Assembly (NCBI RefSeq): GCF_020745735.1
Contig: NC_083417.1
Location: 72,478,001 to 72,542,000 of the forward strand
DNA length: 64,000 nucleotides
From: Hemiscyllium ocellatum
Lineage: Eukaryota
Direction: 5' to 3'
Made by a program: the position numbers and the translations under genes. The stretch's first letter is position 1. Each line of letters begins with the position of its first letter. This document shows, piece after piece, positions 38,270-51,974 of this stretch. The notes under the pieces were generated by a model. The model was not told the DNA's origin. It saw nothing but the letters and a program-made list of their open reading frames with translations, and searched no databases.

Positions 38270-41200
38270 TAAATATGCAGTGTTGTCAAAAATTGGTCTT
38301 GAATACAAAAAAAAGACTGAAGAGTGTACCAGTTACTGAAAGTGAGCATGCAGTTATAGCTAGTGGCCTTCATGTCGATTTGAGTACAGGAGCAGGGATG
38401 TCTTGCTATAGTAGTACTGGGCCTTGGTGAGACCACATCTGGAATGTTATGTTGATTTTTGATCATTCCATGAAGAAAGATGTTCTGGCTAGGTTTAGCT
38501 AAGATTTACCAGACTGATTCCTGGAATGCACCTATGAGGAGACATTAGATCAGTTAGGACTGCATTCACTGAAGTTTAGATAAAATAAGTAGGATCGATA
38601 AAATTCTAACAGGATTAGACAGGTGAAAAGCAGGAAGTACATTCCTATAACCAGGAAGTGGAGAATTACGGGTCATAGTCTAAGGAAATGGCATATGCCA
38701 TTTAGGATTCATTTGAGAAGAAATTTCTTCATTGTGTGATGAGCGATTATTTGAAGCCAAAACATGAAGTAGTTCAATATAGCTCTTGGGGGTGAAGGGA
38801 TTAAGTGGTCAATGATGAAAGCAGTAAATGGGTGCTGAATTGGTTGATTGTACTGATTGATTGAAGAGCTGGAAGGGCTGAATGGCTTACTCGTTCTCCC
38901 ATTTCTTCTATTTCAATAGCTCGCATTTTAGTATTGCTCAAGTGAAGCAGTGAGTCACACTTCCAACGGTGAATGGAGCATCTAAACACCTGATTGCTAC
39001 ATGACATCAAGTCTTTTAAAAAGTGTCCTCAATCTTTGCATTCAAAAATGTCTATCTTCACATCATGAACATCATCACCTTGCAAATGCTATTATGGCAT
39101 ATTAAAGTGGGAATTGCAGTTTTTGAAAACAAATGTTTTGTTCTATGTTACATTCGCTTGTGACAAACAATATTTCCAGATCAATTTTCCACAATACTGT
39201 CATTTTGCTTATTTTTAAGGACAAGGAATGGAAACTGTGCGGCCAAGACAGTTTGTTCTGAGTGGAAGGGAGGTGTGGTGCTGCCAGTAAGAGTGGTGAC
39301 AGATCAATTCATGCTTTGGTACTCTGTGTAACTACTGTGTTCAGGTTTTAAAAACTAGTTTCCACCAATGAATGTCGTAATCTCACCACAGTTAAATGAT
39401 GGCCCATATAAGTACTTTTCAAGTCTGTCTTGCCTAAACTAGAAGACTACCAGTGTGAACCTGTGCATTCTGACACCTAATGCCAAGATAACAATAATTA
39501 GCATATCTATATGCAATGGTCTTGGCAATATTCTTAATTATGATGCTTAGATTTGATATCCATGTAGAAACTGCAATGACTTTATTCAATATCATCAAAA
39601 GTGTTGCCAGGATTGGAGGGTTTGTGCTATCGGAAGAAACTGAATAGCCTAGGTCTCTTTTCCCTGCCGTGCTGGAGGCGGAAGGGTGACTTTACAGAGG
39701 TTTACAAAATAATGTGGGGTATGGATAGGGTAAAAAGACATTTTCCCTCGGATGGGAGAATGCAGAACTAGAGGGCATAGGTTTAGCGTGAGAAGGGAAA
39801 GAAATAAAACGGGGCTATGGGGAACTTTTTCACGCAGTGGGTGATGCATGTATGGAATGAGCTACCAAAGGAAGTGGTGGAGACTGGTACAATTATACCA
39901 TTTAAAAAGCATCTGGATGGGGACATGAATAGGAATGGTTTAGAGGGAAATTGGTCAAGTACTGGAAAATTGGACGAGATTAATTTGGGATATCTGGTCA
40001 GCATGGACAAGTTGGATCGAAGGACCTGTTTCTATGTTGTACACCTCTATCTCTCAGCGATTCTTAATCTGAAGAATAAAAAATTAATTGATATGAGGTG
40101 AGAACTAGTCATGATTAATTGGTAAATAGACTAAATGCTATGCAGGTAAATGAACAACCAGAAACCTTTAAATAAATATTGGATGTAAGTATTGGATAAA
40201 AACACATTGCACTGAAGACCAGAAACTCAGCAATAGATCCTCATTTATGTCTCATTAAGGAAGTTTAGTGTAGTGTTTGGTTAAAAGAAGAAACTTAACT
40301 GTAGCAAAAAACAATTCACAAGGTTAATAATTGGAAACGTGTTAAAAATCAGAAAAGCATTGATAAGAACTTAAAGAATAAAATATGAGATTGAATTATA
40401 AAAATAAAATCAGATTGCAATTGCATTGATAAGCATATAAAATGAACATAGTAGCTAAAGTATGTGATCGTCCCTTCGGAACACTGTCAGAAGAAATTAG
40501 CATGTTGAATGAGGAAATTGCAGAAGCATCATTCAAACGTTATATCCATTTTCAGAGTGAAAAATTTCAAACCAGAAGTGCAGTGTATAGTAACATCACT
40601 GCTGTAAGAAAGTGAGGAAGTTAATATAGCAGTCAAGAAATATTGGAGAAAAGTGTCAGACTAAATTCTGACAAACCCCGAGAATGAGGTGGCCTACCCC
40701 AGGTAGTTCTAAAAGCGATACCTTCAGAGAACTTTTTGCACAAACTATGACATTTCAATATTCCTTTGATTTGTGAATGCTCCATCAGATTTTGCAATAG
40801 CAAGCCTTATATTGCTGTTTAGGAAGCAAAGTAAAGCAGAGAGAGCACAAGCCAATTAACCTTACATGACTTGCTGTGAAAATGCCACAATGATCAGCAT
40901 TGGGTCCTCAACCGTTTAGAATCGATGTCAATGACCCAGATGAATAGATACAGAAAAATGTATTTGACTTTGTTGATGACGCTAACCTGGTCGCAACTGC
41001 GAGTTGAGAGGAGGTCATAGAAAAGCCACAGAGTGATATTGGCAGATTAAGAGAGTGGGCAACATGTTGCCTCGTGATTTTTTAATAGTGGAGTTGTTCA
41101 CCTTGATTGTGAGAATAGAAAAACAGCATATACTCTTACAAAAAGCATAAATTTAAATCTGCAGTTTGTAAGAATTTATATTTGATGTGATCAAGAATTT

Positions 41201-41830
41201 TGCTTGCTAAATGGTGCAAAAAGTCAACTCATGATGCACTAAACATTTGGAAGGCCCATGGTTTGTTTGATGTTATTACAAGATAATTGCAGTTTGGGAA
41301 TGAAGAAGTCTTGTTACACTAATAAAAAGTTTTGGATAAGAACACATTGCAAGTGCTGTGTGCAGCTTTCAACCCTGTATTCATTAAATAATTTCCTTAT
41401 ATTGGAAAGAGTGCACTGAAGATTCACTGAACTGCTTCCCAGTTGAAATGATTGTACTGTGGTAAGAGACTGAATAGATTGGCGTTGATTTCTCTGTCGT
41501 TTCGAAGAATAACAGGCAATCCCATTTAGACAAATATGATTCTGATAGGATTAACACGGAGAGTTTGATTCTGCTTAGTACTCTGAAGTTGGAAAGGGAA
41601 TTTATTTCACTCAAACTTTTCTGAGCCTGTTGAATTATTTACCCTGTAGAGTTATGAATGAGCTGTTGTTGAATACAATAATGACATGTACAGAAATTAT
41701 TCTGGCATCTGAACTAGCACAACAAGGGATGTTGGCAGGGGGTGAAACATTCGGCTGAAATGAAAGATTAGCTGTGATCACATTAGATAGTGTAAGAGTC
41801 ACTAAGGGCTGATTGGTTTACTCCTACTCA
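38270..41830 (+). mobile_element. Several decayed CR1 fragments (about 38270-38900, 39590-40060, 40250-41830)
   Basis: WNELPKEVVETGTI..FKKHLD at 39817 and other degenerate RT motifs. Confidence 0.65.
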
Positions 41831-43957
41831 TGCATCTGCTGTGCATGGTTTCCTAAGATAATCATTGTTGTTTCCACAGACCAAGCAAGAGACAGTTGAG
41901 AAAACACCTTCTGCATTTTGAGATCTCATTACTTCTGAGAAAGTGTCAAGAGTGAAAACAAGAAGAGCATGGCAAGAGTACGAGAATCCAGTGAAGCAAA
42001 GACAGAGAAACCTAGATCTCATGGGTGGGAGAAGTGTGACGGATCATGTCCTTGTTATTGTCTGAATACTAACTGCATAACCTAGACTTATTGTAAAGTG
42101 TTCCATAAATAAGTAGATTAAGGAGGGAGCACAGGAAATATAGAGAAACTCTTCGATCTTGATTTTTGCGCATTCTTAAAAATATTGATCATTGTATGAA
42201 TACTGCATTATTTATCATACAATTCACGTGGGAAGATTGTGACCTGTTGTTCAGTTCAGTTGAAGACAACAAGCTGGATCAGTTATTTCAAATATTACTA
42301 TGTCACAATTTTATAGAAGAGTTACATTACTGGCCACTAGTCTCAAGATGTCACTGACGTGTTGATACTCTTTACACTACCCTCATCTCAGCCTTCTTTA
42401 TCAAACCCATTTCAAATAGCTTTCTATTCACTTCCACAGCATGTATTTCTCCAAACCATCCTTAAACCCACCAATACGCTAGGTGACAACTTCTGCTGGT
42501 GGTAGCAATTTGCACATTCCAAGTGGTCCTCAGTAAGGACCAGGAAGTGGTTCCCAGGCATGTATTTCCTCTTGCATCAGTGTTTTCTCGTATTTATGAC
42601 TTCTATTTCTAGAACCATGTACAACTGTAATTGTTTATTTGGTGCTTACTCTGTTAATCCTATTTGTAATCCTAAATGCGTCTATCACGTCACCCTTCAA
42701 CCTTAAGACCATAAGAGGTAGAATTAGTCCATTAATTTCTATGACCCTTGCTAGTGTTACTTTAGCTCCACCTATTGATATGATCCAATACAGCAGTGTT
42801 TTCGTGGTATTCAGAAATGTATCAATTTGCCTAAAAAATAAATTTCACAATGCTTTTCATGACCATCATCTGAATTACAAATCTTCACAACAATCAAAAT
42901 ATTTCTGAAACATTACTTCATATTGTAAGAAATGAATAAGCTGAACATTAAACATAGAACATTTGAGTGCAGTACAGGGCCTTTGGCCCTGTTGCGCTTA
43001 CCTGTGAAACCAAAGTTTCATTTTGCTGAGTCGTCAACCTTGCCACATTCCTCTTTGGTCAAAAATTACAAAATATGTACAACAGCTGGAGAGGCAAAAA
43101 AAAATCCTCATCTTAATCCTGAGTGAACAAGCCTGTTCAGCCATCGAGTCTTACTAGCGGTATGTAACAACTTGCAACATCTAGTCCATTAAGTTTCTTC
43201 AGAATTTTGTACACACCTCAATGAGTTAACCTCAGTTTCTGTTTGACTTCTTCCAAGGAATATTAATCTGTGCACTCAGTATTTGTTTAAAACACAATAC
43301 GTTGATTCCAGCAGCCACTGTAATGAACAAAAACAGAGACTTCTGGAAAAAAACTCAGCAGGTCTGGCAGCACCTGTAGAGAGAAAGTAGAATGAATGTT
43401 TTGGGTCCATTGACCCTTCTTTAGAACAGTATGTCTCCAGTGCTAACACATTTCCCCTATATGCCAGATATGTAGATCCCAATGAACTCCAGTATTTCCC
43501 ATTCTCTCAGCATTTACAAATTATTCTGTTGTTCTTTTATTTATTTCCTTCCAAATGTATAACCTAACCCCAACTTTATTCCCTCTTTCACAATCTTGCC
43601 CATTCACTAAATTAGTCTAATATTAGACTCAATCAATGTAATTGGGTATTTAATTAGTAACAGTCTGTCAATTACAAAGTCAAATGACTGTCTGATTTCT
43701 CTCCATTGATCAGTCCATGATTCATACTTACTTAAAATTAAGTTCCATTTAACTTAGGTTTTATTAGCAAAAGTCCCAATTCCTTGGTTAAATGCTTCAT
43801 TATCTTCGTGTCCATAAGTACAGATAGAGGATATTATTGTCTATAACGGTGTGAAGAGCTTCTTAATATTCTGTCAGCTTCCTTATGTGATTGTCTATTT
43901 GCTTTTTGTTTGGTAGATTTTTCTAATTGCATTACACCATGTTAATATTTCTGGCAA

Positions 43958-44090
43958 CATTCCCGATGAAGAGCTTATGCCTGAAATGTCGGCTCTCCTG
44001 CTCTTGAGTTGCTGTCTGACATGATGTGCTTTTCCAGCACCACACTTTTTGACTCTGATTTCCAGCAGCTGCAGTCCTCACTTTCTCTTA
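43958..44090 (+). repeat. Penelope-derived tail with decayed hammerhead
   Basis: cCCGATGAagagcttatgcctgaaatgtc followed by the family tail ending gcagtcctcactttct. Confidence 0.65.
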
Positions 44091-44719
44091 ACATTGAAGC
44101 AGCACTACTATTTAATTCTGCTATGATGTAACAAAGATTATTGCTGATTTTGAAGATTGTCCACAAAGATTGATTTATTTGAATGGTAGATATCACTTTG
44201 TATATTATGGGCATGCAATTGGCATCAACACAGGGTTTTTGCAATTTCCAGTTAAAATAATGTTACCAAGCATGGTATACAATCAATCACGTTGATTGTT
44301 TCTCACAGACAGCAAAATTAGTAACTAGAATGCATTATACATCCTTCGCTAGTTGACATTGTTTGTAGGTTACATTATTGAAGAATTCTGAATTCGAATG
44401 TGAGAAGCAAACTTGAGAAGAAAGTAAATTATGGCCAAATAGTGTTGTCAATGAAAAAAAGTACTTGCTATTGATCAGAATGTTATTTCAATAATGAGAA
44501 ATTAATCTCTAAACATGGTTTCGCAAATGCTGAGTGGTGTTCAGGCATTTTGCCTAATGTTGTGTCATGGGTCAACAGTAACAACTGAAAGCTGTCAAAT
44601 TGACAATCATATTTTTATTTTCATGAATGAAGTTTAAAATCATTAAAATCTTTTAAGTCTAAGATATTTTCAGTGAGAGAAATGAGTGACTACTGTTTAG
44701 TTAAGGTATTAAGTCACAC

Positions 44720-46720
44720 AACATAGAAACAAACACTTTGGCCCACCATGTTTGTGATGATCAACAAATTCCAAACTATACTAATCCTTTTACCTAAACT
44801 TTGTCCAGTTACCACTATGCCGGGCATTGTATGTGCTCATTAACATGCTTCTTAAATGCTGCAAGAGTACCTGCCAGGCAGCACATACCATGGTTCTACA
44901 ACCTTATGGGTGAAAACATGTTCCCTCAGGTACCCTCTAAAACACTTATTCATCATCGTAAACTGATGCCCTCTTGTCTCAGACAAACCTGCCATGGGGA
45001 AAAGATACTCACAGTCTATATTATCTATGACTCTCATTATTTTGTAGTCGACAATCAGATCCCCTCTCACTCTCCTCTGCTTCATGGAAAAAAAACCTGT
45101 CCTCACCAGTCTCTTCTCGTAACTCAAACTTTTCATCCCAGGCAACATCTCCTCTGCATCCTCTCCAATTATCCTTCCAAAAGTATGGCAATCAGTTCTG
45201 CACGACTTTGTACCTCAGTACTCTGAAAGAGCCTACCATTCATTGTGTATATCCTTCCATTTTTAGACCTCCCAAAATGCATCATCTCATAATTATCAGG
45301 ATTAAATTCCATTTGCCATTGTTCAATTTACAGGCTGATTAATAAGAATACAACCTGAGTCCATTTGCATCACTGTCCACAGCGCCATCACTTTTCATGT
45401 TATCTGCAAACTTATTAATTATACCCTCCACATTCAGATCAAGTCATTAATGCAGATAACAAACAACAAAGCTCCCAACACCGATCCCTGTAGTATAGCA
45501 CTGGTCACTAAATCACTAAAACAATCCTCTGCCATTGCCCTTTGCTTCTATTTGCAAGCCAAATTTGCATCCAGTTTGCCAACATGCCTTGGATCCCATG
45601 GGGTCTTACCATCTGGTAAACTTCCATTTGGGATCTTGGAAAAGGCCTTACTGAAGTTCACGTAAACCATTTCAACTGCACTACTTTCATCAATATATTT
45701 AGTTTCTTTTTTTAGAAAAAAAAACAAGTTAAATTAGTAGACATGATCTCCCTCCAACAAATCTGTACTGACTTTCCCTGACCAATCCTTGCCTTTCCAA
45801 GTCTTAACTCGTCTTAACTAATCCTGTTCCGCAGAATTTTTTCAAATAATATTCCTATCACTGACTTCAGACTAACTGGTCTGGCATTGATTAGTCCAGC
45901 CGTACTGCGTTTCTTGAACTATTGAACCACATTAGTTATCTTGCAGTCATCTGACACTTCACCCATGGAACCAGCAAAGTCCTAAATATCTCTTCCATGG
46001 CCCCAGCAAACTCTTCCCTTGCTTCACATGCAGTCTGGGATGTATCTCATCAGGCCCTGATGATTACACCTTCATTCTCGTATATCTCCTCCAAATTAAT
46101 CCTATTATGTTCAAGAATCTCACCATCCCAAATGAAATCTTCAGCTGTATCAATTTTCTCCTTTTGCGAAAAGAGGTGAGAAATATTCCTTTAATACCTC
46201 ACCAATGTCTTCTGGCTCCATATGCCCTTTGGTCTCTCATTAGCCCCACTCTTTCCCACTGAATCTTCATGTTCTTCATATTATTCTAAAATATCTTGGG
46301 GTTTCCCTTAATTATATTGGCCAATGTTATTTCATTGCCCCTCTCTGCCTTCCTAATTTTCTTTTAAAAAAAACACCCTTCACTCTCTTTACTTCTGAAG
46401 GATGTAGACTTACTTGTAATTAGATGCTCGCAATCTATATTTGCCAGATCCGGTCCATTGATATTGAATTTGGCCTTCTCCCAATTCCGACAATTTTGCA
46501 TGATCCTTTTCCCTTTCCACAATGACTTTGAAACTTACACAGGTGTAGTCACTACTCACAAAACGCTTGCCCAGTGAAACTTCACTTGCCGATTTCATTC
46601 CATCGGATTAGATTAAACATTGCTCCATCTGTCGTTGGACTATCTATGTAATGGCACAAAAACCTCTCCTGGTTGCATTTCAAAAGTTCCAGCCCAAATA
46701 ATCCTTTCACACATTAATTA
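44720..46720 (-). mobile_element. Decayed CR1 ORF2
   Basis: MLPGM..LSYE.RL...G.FS...RR.RGDLI and gtgggtcttacc/aaggccttactgaagttc (DFSKAF.K.PH). Confidence 0.8.
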
Positions 46721-49499
46721 ATTTATATTTTCTGGAGTAAAGATTCAAGTTTGCATAATAATCTAGGACAATTACTTTGTCTCCTTGAGTTTGCTGGCAC
46801 TTTGTTACATTCTTAAAAGTCGAAAGTTTCTATTCAATATACAGTGGACAAAAATGAAAGCTGCCTCATTGTAACCCAATGAACTTAATGCAAACTATGA
46901 AACATCATGCTTAAATGTTTGAAACCTCAGAAGACAAACTCTGCAAAATTCTGTTTCCTGAGCATAAAATGATTGCATTAGCGCAACATTGTCTTTTTTC
47001 AACATTTGTACGGAAATCATTAAACATTACATCCTGTTTCAAATTTCAGATGTTGTGTACTTTTTGCTGTAGATCTAGAAAGAATTGTTCTGAATTTCCT
47101 TTACAAAGGTAAATAAAGTTGCTTAAACACAGGTCTCTTCATTTGGAAATTAAAGTGCAACTCAAACTGTATGCAATACTATTTAGTGCATTAATAGGTT
47201 TGAAACTGGCATTCCCTCATTTGTTTGCTGAATGCAGAAATTAATAAGTTAATTTCTATCTGAAGATTTTTTTGTCGAGATTGAAATATGATACAACAGA
47301 TTAATGGGAAGCCTGGTCATATAGAGAGCAATGAGCTAATTTAACAGTTTATTTCTTTTAAATACAAAAAAATATATTTTTATTTTACATATATGCACTC
47401 AAACTCTTTGTGCAATATTGCTTTATCAACAGGATTTTTTCATTCTCTTCAGATCTGCATCTCTGAACCTGATTCAGTGAAATATGGTGTCACATTTCAC
47501 AACCTGACAAGAGCAAAGGAAATGAAAGTACACATTAGCAAAGCTTAGAATCATATTCAAGCAGAGAAATTCAAAGGCTGTCAACTCAATGCATATCACA
47601 CTTACAATAAGGTAAATGATTAAATCAAATGAATAGAGATGAATGGCTATGGTGTAATTGACATTAAAAACACACCACTGCAGGATGATCAAGAGAACAG
47701 ATTATTCAATGATATTCAGGTTGGACAAAGGAAAATAAGATATTGTCATATTACACGAGTAGTAATGGATGAGACCTGTATTAGTCAAGACGAACCACAG
47801 ATAGAACATCCAAAGGATATCCTCAATGATGGAGCTAAGTAACAGCAAGCAGTAGGAAATGACAGTAGTCGCTAATAATCCACAAATGTGTAATAATGTG
47901 GGGCATAGACAACATAAAAAGATCAACGCAGTATCGTACGTGGGCTTTGCAGCAATCACGACTAGATTCAATCTGGACATAAATTTGACAAACTAATGAG
48001 CACTAAAGCTGTGAAGAATGAGTTTTGGAATGTGTTATGGATTGTGTTTTTCGAACGCTATGTTGAGGATTAGACTACAGAACTATGCCCCCCCAAAAAA
48101 GTAGTAATTAACAATATTGTTGTAAGTGAACCTGGAAACATGAGTGATGATAAAATGATGGAATTATTCATGACAAATATCATAGTTGTAAGAGTTTGTA
48201 ATAGTTTCAGCCAATTCTTCCTCTATCTTCCTTTCATATTCAAGATGAAGTTGCACTTTTGCCAAGACAGTAAAACTGTTTGACTTCATCCAGGCAGTTA
48301 AAAAAGTTTATTTTGATTGTGATGTCTGAATCATTCAGATCAATTCCAAAGCAAAGTCCGACGGTGAAGGACCTCACCTCATCTTTGTGATCAGTAGGAA
48401 TTATTGCCTTTTTCTATGAATCTGATGGCAACAAAGTTGATATTCATTGTCAAGAGAGATATGATATTCACATTCATCTATAAGCCAGCAAAATACCATT
48501 CAATTCAGATAGACACAAGGTACAATTGACTAACTCAACTCAGAATGTGACTCAGAATGTAACTCAAAATTTGGAACACAATTGCACACATTTAGTTGTG
48601 ATTTGAAGCTGTGGAAATATTCCTTCGGTGAAATTCACTAGACTTCCTTCTGATCTGAAAAGATAAGTTTTAACATGACATCGGTCTAAACCTTACCATG
48701 AAATACTAGCGTTGAATCAACACAAATGCTTGCAAGTAGTTTCGCATCATCCACTTATTTTAATTGAACAAGTTAGATTTCAGTACCCAATTATGCAAAG
48801 GCAATTTAATCAATGCATACATGCAAGTTATCTCACTAAGTATGTATATTCCTACTCGTACCTTGAGATATGATGAATAGGAGGCACTTAACAATGGTCA
48901 CTATGCAAGATAGAATTGCAAGCACTCCACGGTCCCATCCAAAGACAACAGCAGCAATGAGTTTAGCGGCAAAATCTATGAGAGGCACATAAAATTTAAA
49001 TAAGAAATTGTATTAGAAACCAGAGGCATATAAATTTAAATATCACATGATTTATTTCCATTAAATTTCCTTGTTAGTATTCTAATATTGTTCATGAAAT
49101 TTCATTTGTCAGTTCTCTGGTCAGTTTTCCTGCAGTCGGATACAAAGGGGGTAAGAATTTGGAGAAATAACAACAACAATGAAGAAATTTGAATAGTCAT
49201 CTTTTAATTCGTCAAAATACAGATAATTAATGTATCTAACACCAGCAGTATTCAATTACAAAGAGTTCAGATCAGATTGCAGATCTAATCTCAGTTCCCT
49301 GAGAGTCACTTTGGAGCACAAATGAACTGACGCCATTTTAAATTAAAACTTTTTGCATATGCAACCAGTCCAACAGTTGAGGAGAGAAAGTTGCACAGTT
49401 GTAATGCACTGTGCTAACAATGGAGAACTCCATGTTTGTGGCTCATGGATTTTAATACCACCAGCGTAGGTAGTTAAATTTGAAATCCTGGAATGGCCG

Positions 49500-50485
49500 T
49501 CGTACAAACTGGTCTCCTTGATATAACAAAGACGTTAAACTTGAAAGAGCTCATAAAACATTTAGAGGGATGTTGCATGAGTTGAATTCTCATTCAGGTT
49601 GTGAAAGTTTCTTGGACCTGTCCCTAGAAATTATTCATGCACATTACTGTTTGTGTAGCTAACTCCAGAATTGGGCAGTTCCCTGTGATATTATATGTCA
49701 CGGGACAGTTTCCTGCTCATAATCCTTGAGTGGTCCGGGTACTCAGTTCTGACTGCCATGCACATCCTGCTACATGGGCCCTTTGTCGAGCATGTTGTGT
49801 GGCTTCATATGCAGGCAAGGCTCCCGTACACCGGAGACACCCTTGAGCACTGAAGCTGGGTTATCCAAGCTCACAGGGACTCCCCTGCTTTCTGATAGAA
49901 CATGTTTGCCAATCCTGTAATTCTGTCATTATGTAATCTGGCACAATTCGAGTATGCTGTGGAGCGTGCTGGCCATACCTTGGGACTGTATTAGTCATTA
50001 ACAGAAGCGCTAAGGGACACATTATCACCATTACTGTCTCCTTCCCCATCAGTCCACTCATACTCCATATCGAAGAGGCTACTTGGTGTGAAGCTTTGGA
50101 GGCTGAATGTTGACTTTATAGATGTTTATAAAATCATGAGGGCTATGGATAGGTTAAATAGTCAAGGCATTTTCCCCAGAGTAGGGGAGTCCAAAACTAG
50201 AGGCATGAGTATAAGGTGAGCGGGGAGTGATTTAAAAGAGACCTAACAGACAATATTTTATGCAGAAGGTCGTGTGTATACGGAATGAACTGCCAAAGGA
50301 AGGGATAGAGGCTGGTACAACTGCGACATTTAAAAGACATTTAGATGTGTATACGACACAAAACATTTGGAGGAATGTGGGCCAAATGCTGGCAAATGGG
50401 TCTCGATTAGTTTAGGTTAAATGTTTGGCATAGACAAGTTGGAATGAAGGATCCACTTCCATGCTGTACATCTCTATGACTTTAA
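49500..50485 (+). mobile_element. CR1 3' end interrupted by the inverted gag copy
   Basis: CR1 sequence stops at gatgttgc (49576) and resumes at ...ggaggctga..tttatagatgtttataaaatcatgagg (about 50090). Confidence 0.8.
49574..50075 (-). repeat. Inverted duplicate of the ERV gag segment 50852-51399
   Basis: The reverse complement matches along its length, e.g. tgcatgagttgaattctcattcaggttgtgaaagtttcttggacctg vs caggtccaagaaactttcacaacctgaatgagaattcaactcatgca. Confidence 0.95.
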
Positions 50486-50851
50486 GACCAGCTAGCTTAC
50501 TTAATGTCCTTTCAGAAGGAATTCTGCCATTGTCAGCTGGCCTGCAAATGACTCACTGCTAAACGGATGATTGTTAACTGCCCTCTTGAAAATTAGGCAT
50601 CAACAATAAATTTCCTCCCAGTAAATAAAAAAAAACATTTCCTCCCATTGAATATAAAAATAATAATCAAACGGTGTTTCGTATTATGTTGATTGGGAAA
50701 GTTCACCTTGAACTACATTAGTTTCTAAACGTATGTGAAGATATTCAAAGGACTTCAAAATAAATAACGACAAAAAGGACTACTCAATGAATGGCAAGGC
50801 ACTAGTAAGTTCAGAGTAACTCATTGGGTCCCAATCATTGGACCAGTATTC

Positions 50852-51399
50852 CTTCGATATGGAATATGAATGGATTGATGGGGAAGGAGACATTAATGGT
50901 GATAATGTGTCCCTTAGCACTTAATGACTTCCGTTAATGACTAATACAGTCCCAGGGTATGGCCAGCACGCTCCACAGCCGGAATTGTGCCGGATTACAT
51001 AATGACAGAACTACAGGATTGGCAAATATGTTCTATCAGAAAGCAGGGGAGTCCCTGGGAGCTTGGATAACCCAGCTTCAGTGCTCAAGGGTGTCTAAAG
51101 TTTCTCTCAAAAATAAGAAGCTCCAGAGTACGAGAGCCTTGCCTGCATATGAAGCCATACATCATGCTCTACATAAGGCCCATGTAGCAGGATCACTGGC
51201 TGCATGGGTGCGTATAGCAGTCAGAACTGAGTATCCAGATCACGCATGGATTACGAGCAGGAAACTGTCCCAAGGCACACAATATCACAGGGAATTGCCC
51301 AATTCTGGAGTTAGCTACACAAACAGGTTTATGCATGAATAATTTCTAGGGACAGGTCCAAGAAACTTTCACAACCTGAATGAGAATTCAACTCATGCA
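50852..51399 (+). mobile_element. gag: Endogenous retrovirus gag remnant (class III / ERV-L-like)
   Basis: ORF 50959-51342 contains LANMFYQKAGESLGAWI and GSLAAWV...AV...YP, resembling ERV-L gag (YRQKxGE.xWxWIL; SLxxWL). Confidence 0.6.
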
Positions 51400-51881
51400 C
51401 AATGTTAATATGCAGTGTAGGTGAAAATGTTGTAGGTTTGTGTGTTGTGAGTGGGCTGGAAATATGAACCACAAGAGAAATGCTTTATTTTGGTGTATGA
51501 AGGGTGAATGTGGGCGTTGGGAAATCTGTGTGGGAACCCATCCCTTTCACGAATTGTTAATGATAAGCAGGATTGAGGGCACAAGGATATCACAGATATT
51601 ACTATAGAGAGAGAGAGACTGCAGAGGTTTATATGATCTGCTGTCCCCCTGTATAAGCTGAGCTGAGATGTCACATTTTATTAAATAGAATCTTAAGTTA
51701 TTTCATGAATTTAACTTGAAAGAATTTCGGGGATTTACATATTAATGAATGGAAATCTGCAACCCATTGTAAACGTTGAAAGACTTAACACTAATCTCGG
51801 TCTCTTCAATATGTCGCATCAGTACGATGACACTATGATCTTTTGCTCTAAACTCTGGTCCTATGATCCTTCTCCATGAGC

Positions 51882-51916
51882 TACCTGATGAAGGAGCAGC
51901 GCTCCGAAAGCTTGTA
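51882..51916 (+). ncRNA. Minimal type I hammerhead ribozyme motif, intact core, in a Penelope-type tail
   Basis: tac-CTGATGA-A-GGAGC(agc)GCTCC-GAA-AGCT-T-gta. All core positions are present, with 5-bp stem II, palindromic AGCT stem III and 3-bp stem I. Confidence 0.7.
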
Positions 51917-51974
51917 CTTCCAAATAAACATGTAGAATTATAACCTGGTGTTGTGTGTTTTTTAAATTTATCCC

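Noticed and set aside
41880-42022. TM-like GFSY...LLVFTL on the minus strand resembling the gene C TM exon
   Set aside because: No AG acceptor, hydrophobic run too short, and no linked V or C1 exon.
47474-47980. Hydrophobic minus-strand ORFs as a GPCR/vomeronasal or taste receptor
   Set aside because: No diagnostic motifs; hydrophobicity is expected from the antisense of A-rich sequence.
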